From contig NC_134028.1 in assembly GCF_964204645.1 (NCBI RefSeq), positions 7,378,001-7,442,000 on the forward strand: DNA of 64,000 nt. Reading direction: 5' to 3'. The position numbers were made by a program, and so were the translations under genes. The stretch comes from Tubulanus polymorphus. Lineage: Eukaryota > Animalia > Nemertea. The notes beneath the pieces were generated by a model. The model saw only the letters and a program-made list of their open reading frames with translations. It searched no databases and was not told the DNA's origin. How positions within the stretch are numbered: position 1 is the first letter of the stretch; every line of letters begins with the position of its first letter. This document shows positions 59,922 through 64,000 of the stretch, in pieces.

Positions 59922-60429
59922 GTTGAAGTGATTCAGAATGTGATGATTGCAATATAACCATCAATTATCTTATCTTCTATTCATGCGGGATTTCAGGCCG
60001 AACAGGGTTCAATCTATCTCAATCAAATGTTTGATAAAAAAGGCTTCAGTTTTTATAACTGTCACTGTATCAGTATATTTTCTAGATTTCAAATTGATGA
60101 TGCTGGCTGGCAATATTACGAACTTACCTTCTGTAGCTAAAGAACCTATCTAATCGTGGCCACTTTTTCACACGTTAACTGAAAGAAAGATTTAGAAACA
60201 TATTTTAGTAACGTGACAAGGTTTGTCGTATTGAACAGGAATTTATAAGATCATTCCCAAAATCTTGCGGTTTAAGGTGTCTATGACTGAGTCTACACAT
60301 GGAAATATGGGAAATATAACTCCAGCCTGTAAACCTAGTCAAATTATTACTCAAAGGTTATAGTGATAGTTATTTGATATCTCCCTTTTCACTGTGATAC
60401 AATGTTCAACGCGGAGCTTTCCATTAAAT

Positions 60430-60620
60430 CATTATCATCACCCCCAGCCCATAACTCAAACAATCTATCAGATCAGTCATCTCTTCCTGGGGAGAACTAA
60501 AATCCGAGCAGCCGCTAGGCGCTCAGAAGTCGTCTTTCAGACTAGGTACTCATTTAGTCGAAGTCGAATTCGAAGAGAGGTAATAAGTCGAACGCTCTAT
60601 TACCGCTCGCCCACGCCGCT
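60430..60620 (-). mobile_element. Second, internally deleted copy of the 44.7-kb SINE
   Basis: Shares CCCCAGCCYATAACTC, CAGTCATCTCTYCCTGGGG, GCGCTCAG.AGTC.TCT.TCAGAC.GGTAC and AGTCGAACGCTCT..CGCTCGCCCAC. Confidence 0.75.
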
Positions 60621-61090
60621 CGCTCGCTTTGGAACCTCATTATTTTTTTTTCGATTAAATAAACGTCGTTGTGGTTTTTTTTCTCGATTAAATAACATAC
60701 GTTCTCGTGATCCACCTGTGGCGATCATATATTCAATAATTTCAAATTGTTATATCTAAACCGATGATAGATGTCTCTTTTTCAATTTGTTTAGGAACCA
60801 TCACCGTATAGTTTCCAGACATAAAATGAATTAGTTCCGAGAGATGTATTATTTTCTAATTCGTTTTTTCCACTAATTGGACATTAGTTCCCGGTATATT
60901 AAACATTAGTGCCGACATTGTGCCTGGGATGAAACCAGATGAAATTACATTACGCAATATAGACACGCGGACGCAAACCAACAAAACCGTCGGAAACAAA
61001 AATTCAAATTTTCATCGTTTTAAAAATCGGCCGTTATGGCGTCGAATATTCGATCCAGTATATGTCAAGTGTAAACGCTAAAAACCTTTC

Positions 61091-61208
<118 letters not shown>

Positions 61209-64000
61209 GAAATACGAATTCACATGGATTTGAATCGGATGTTGTCGTTGAATGCGCGAATGATTTAATGATTCCGCACAATGGAATGGGAAAATGTATA
61301 TCTGGTCGAGAACCGGACGCGACGTTGATACGTACCTACCTACAAGGATCAGTAAGCTGAATATGAAAATATGAAATTCAAATGTTGTACTTGTTTTTGG
61401 AATATGTCAGTTGGGGCCCGTGCGGGGGTAGCGAACGAACCCCCTATAATTTTCAAAGTGCACTACAAAAAGTCAGTGTCAAAAGATTCGAGTCAAGATT
61501 TTTCGAAATTTGGAAACATTTTCATGTTTTTTGCCCCTTTTTACGGTGAAAAAGTGCCCTTTTTCATGATATAGAACTGCCCCTCCAAAAAGCTCGAAAC
61601 GGGCCTGCTGTTAATGAATATGCTGAAACGGGACTGTTTGTTCTTAGTTTTTCAATTATGAATCACGATTTCTTCCCCCTTTATTCGCAGACGATACAAA
61701 GATAGAGAGAGCCGACTACAGTGCGTTTTATCGCCATACACCGAACGCTACTCATCCGCTTTTATGAAACCGCAAAATCAAGAATCAAACGAGTAAAATT
61801 TGAAATTCAGATCAGGACATCGTGCTTTGTGCGCGTTACGCGGGGAATTGAATTTCCGACGTTATTTTCAGGTTTTGCAAGATTTATGAATGCCAAACGT
61901 TGCGCGGAGAAATATAAGAAAAAGAGCGCGGCGCAGGAGACAACGAGCAGAAAGATAGTGAGAAAAAAGCTGAAAAGAATTTCATTCGGCGCAGCGACGA
62001 TAGCGCGTGACGTTAAAGCATGTAGATTTAAATCGTTACGCCGTATAGTAGAATGTTCGTTCAATATGAAATAACAATATTTCAAAACGTGTATTTCATA
62101 ACGCGCGATACACGAAGTTTATTCAGTTCTTATCACGCCATTACTTACGTCGGCTACGTGACTTTTCGTATTTCGAACCGAAATGAAGAATATGATAAAC
62201 TGAAATATGCCGAGTTAATGTCTACACGCTTCTATCTAGGCACACGTTACACTACTCTGTATACTGGTGACATACGGTTCGAGTTTAGATTTCATGTCTG
62301 ATGAACAAATTCAAATTTCAGACGATAAATCGTTATGGGTTTCTCGGTACGAACCGGGTTTTTTTGTGATATTAGATATCGTTGATGTTCGTAATCTCGG
62401 GGATCTGCGCAGACACGATTGGCTGATAGTATAGATTTAACTGGTAAATCGAGATATCCATAAACGGTATAAAAAAGCAACAAAACTGATATGATATGGG
62501 ATTTTATCGGTGGAAAATGATTTGATCAACGATGCTTGGAAATAAAACACGCACAAAACGGGAGATCATTAAGTGCTAGTTTTAAGTCAAAATCAGTTGC
62601 TTTTCTCAATAATTCCAATTATAATTCATATTTTACCTAAAATTGTGGGAATTGTGAGTTAATTTTGGGCAACAAAACTGAATTCCAAAACATTTGCAGG
62701 GTGGATCTTAGCGGACCAAAGCACCCTTCTCCTTCTGTTTTAGCCAAGATGAAATTTCCAAACCTGGCTTGAGAAAGTTATACACACACACTGGCAAAAT
62801 ATTACCGGTGATTTTGTTTAAGAATCAATCTAGATGCTCAAGAAATGATCGATTTTTACAAAAATCTTATACCCCATCGGTTAGCACCCACTTTGCATCT
62901 ACGGCGCTCGTGGTTACGTATAACGTGTATACAACAGATCCTCCCACTTCTTGAATTTTTCCAAATCGACGATTGACCAGCAAGACCTGCTACGAATATA
63001 CCCCGTGTTTATTTCAATAATTGACTTGAATCCTACACTGGACGTAGGACCAGAAATAGCTAGGACTGACCGCGCAACCGATATTCGTATTCACAACAAG
63101 GAAAAATTCAGCCCGAATTCGTGCATGTAACAAAACCTAGATGAAAGATCTTGAGCAATCTGATCTGCGTCATACGGTTCAATGGCTGGCTGGGTGCTGC
63201 TTTCTGCATGCTACTGTTGATTAGCGTCATGGCCTCGCTTATGGGAAGTTTAATGACACACCGGCTACTTCATCAGTGTACGTTTAGCTAACCGAATTTT
63301 CGCTGGCGGACAATTAATTTAACGAAAGAAGCAAAAGAACGCTACGACTCGTTAGCGTAGACAGAGCGGCCGAACTTGACAGCTTAATTTCAGCCGCGGT
63401 CTCGCGTTTCGCCTTCATCGACCCTGGCGAAGCATGCAACATATAGATCAAAGATTACATTATTTCTAACTTCGTTATACGGTATATAGAGAATGGCATC
63501 TAATTCGAACGGAAAACCTGGAACACAATATTACATTGACCTTCGGGACAGGCCATGGTATTCGACGGGTTTTTCATTTCCCGTGAAAGACCGATTGGTC
63601 TAACGATACTCGTCCATTATAAGATGAATTGAACTTTGGCATTTTTCAATTATTTGACTCTATTTTCGTATTTATCTCACGGACAGGCAACTGAGTTCAA
63701 CGAAAAACAAAGGAGAACATTTGAACCCACACAGGTTATATGCTATTTACCAAGGTCTCGTTTTAACAATTCATATAAATCTAAACAACTTTCCTATTGT
63801 AAATGCGACGGTCCTTCGATGTTGACACTACCAACGAGATCGCGGGGAACGACAATAAAATTTGTCAGATCTCTTTTTGTTTTTCGTCGCTAACCGCGGG
63901 CCCCAGTCGTTTATGCACGAGCGATGAAACGTTTACCCTCATAAATAGAAGCTCGATTCAAAAGACACACGGCGCGCATTCGCTCCGGGGTTCGCGCGTA

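Overview
Eukaryotic (metazoan, probably marine invertebrate/lophotrochozoan-like; inference) genomic DNA, AT-rich, with small GT-AG introns. The first 23 kb is gene-dense: an intronless class A GPCR (-), a spliced two-WAP-domain gene (-), an intronless ELOVL6-type elongase (+), an 8-exon astacin metalloprotease with EGF-like and ShKT domains (-), a recent tandem duplicate pair of intronless peptide-receptor-like GPCRs (+) and a 7-exon TBATA/SPATIAL-like gene (-). 23-36 kb holds exon-like decayed fragments and a near-identical 4-copy ~1.1-kb tandem array with (TA)n spacers. An allatostatin-A/galanin-type receptor CDS lies at 39645-40724 (-), followed by ~23 kb without a recognisable CDS but with SINEs, MITEs and microsatellites. 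Most notable: palindromic mini-elements carrying Penelope-type minimal hammerhead ribozyme cores, (TA)n arrays at the junctions of both duplications, substitutions clustered in ECL2 of the GPCR pair, and a WAP domain lacking exactly one disulfide pair. All exon models were read by eye; repeat boundaries are approximate.
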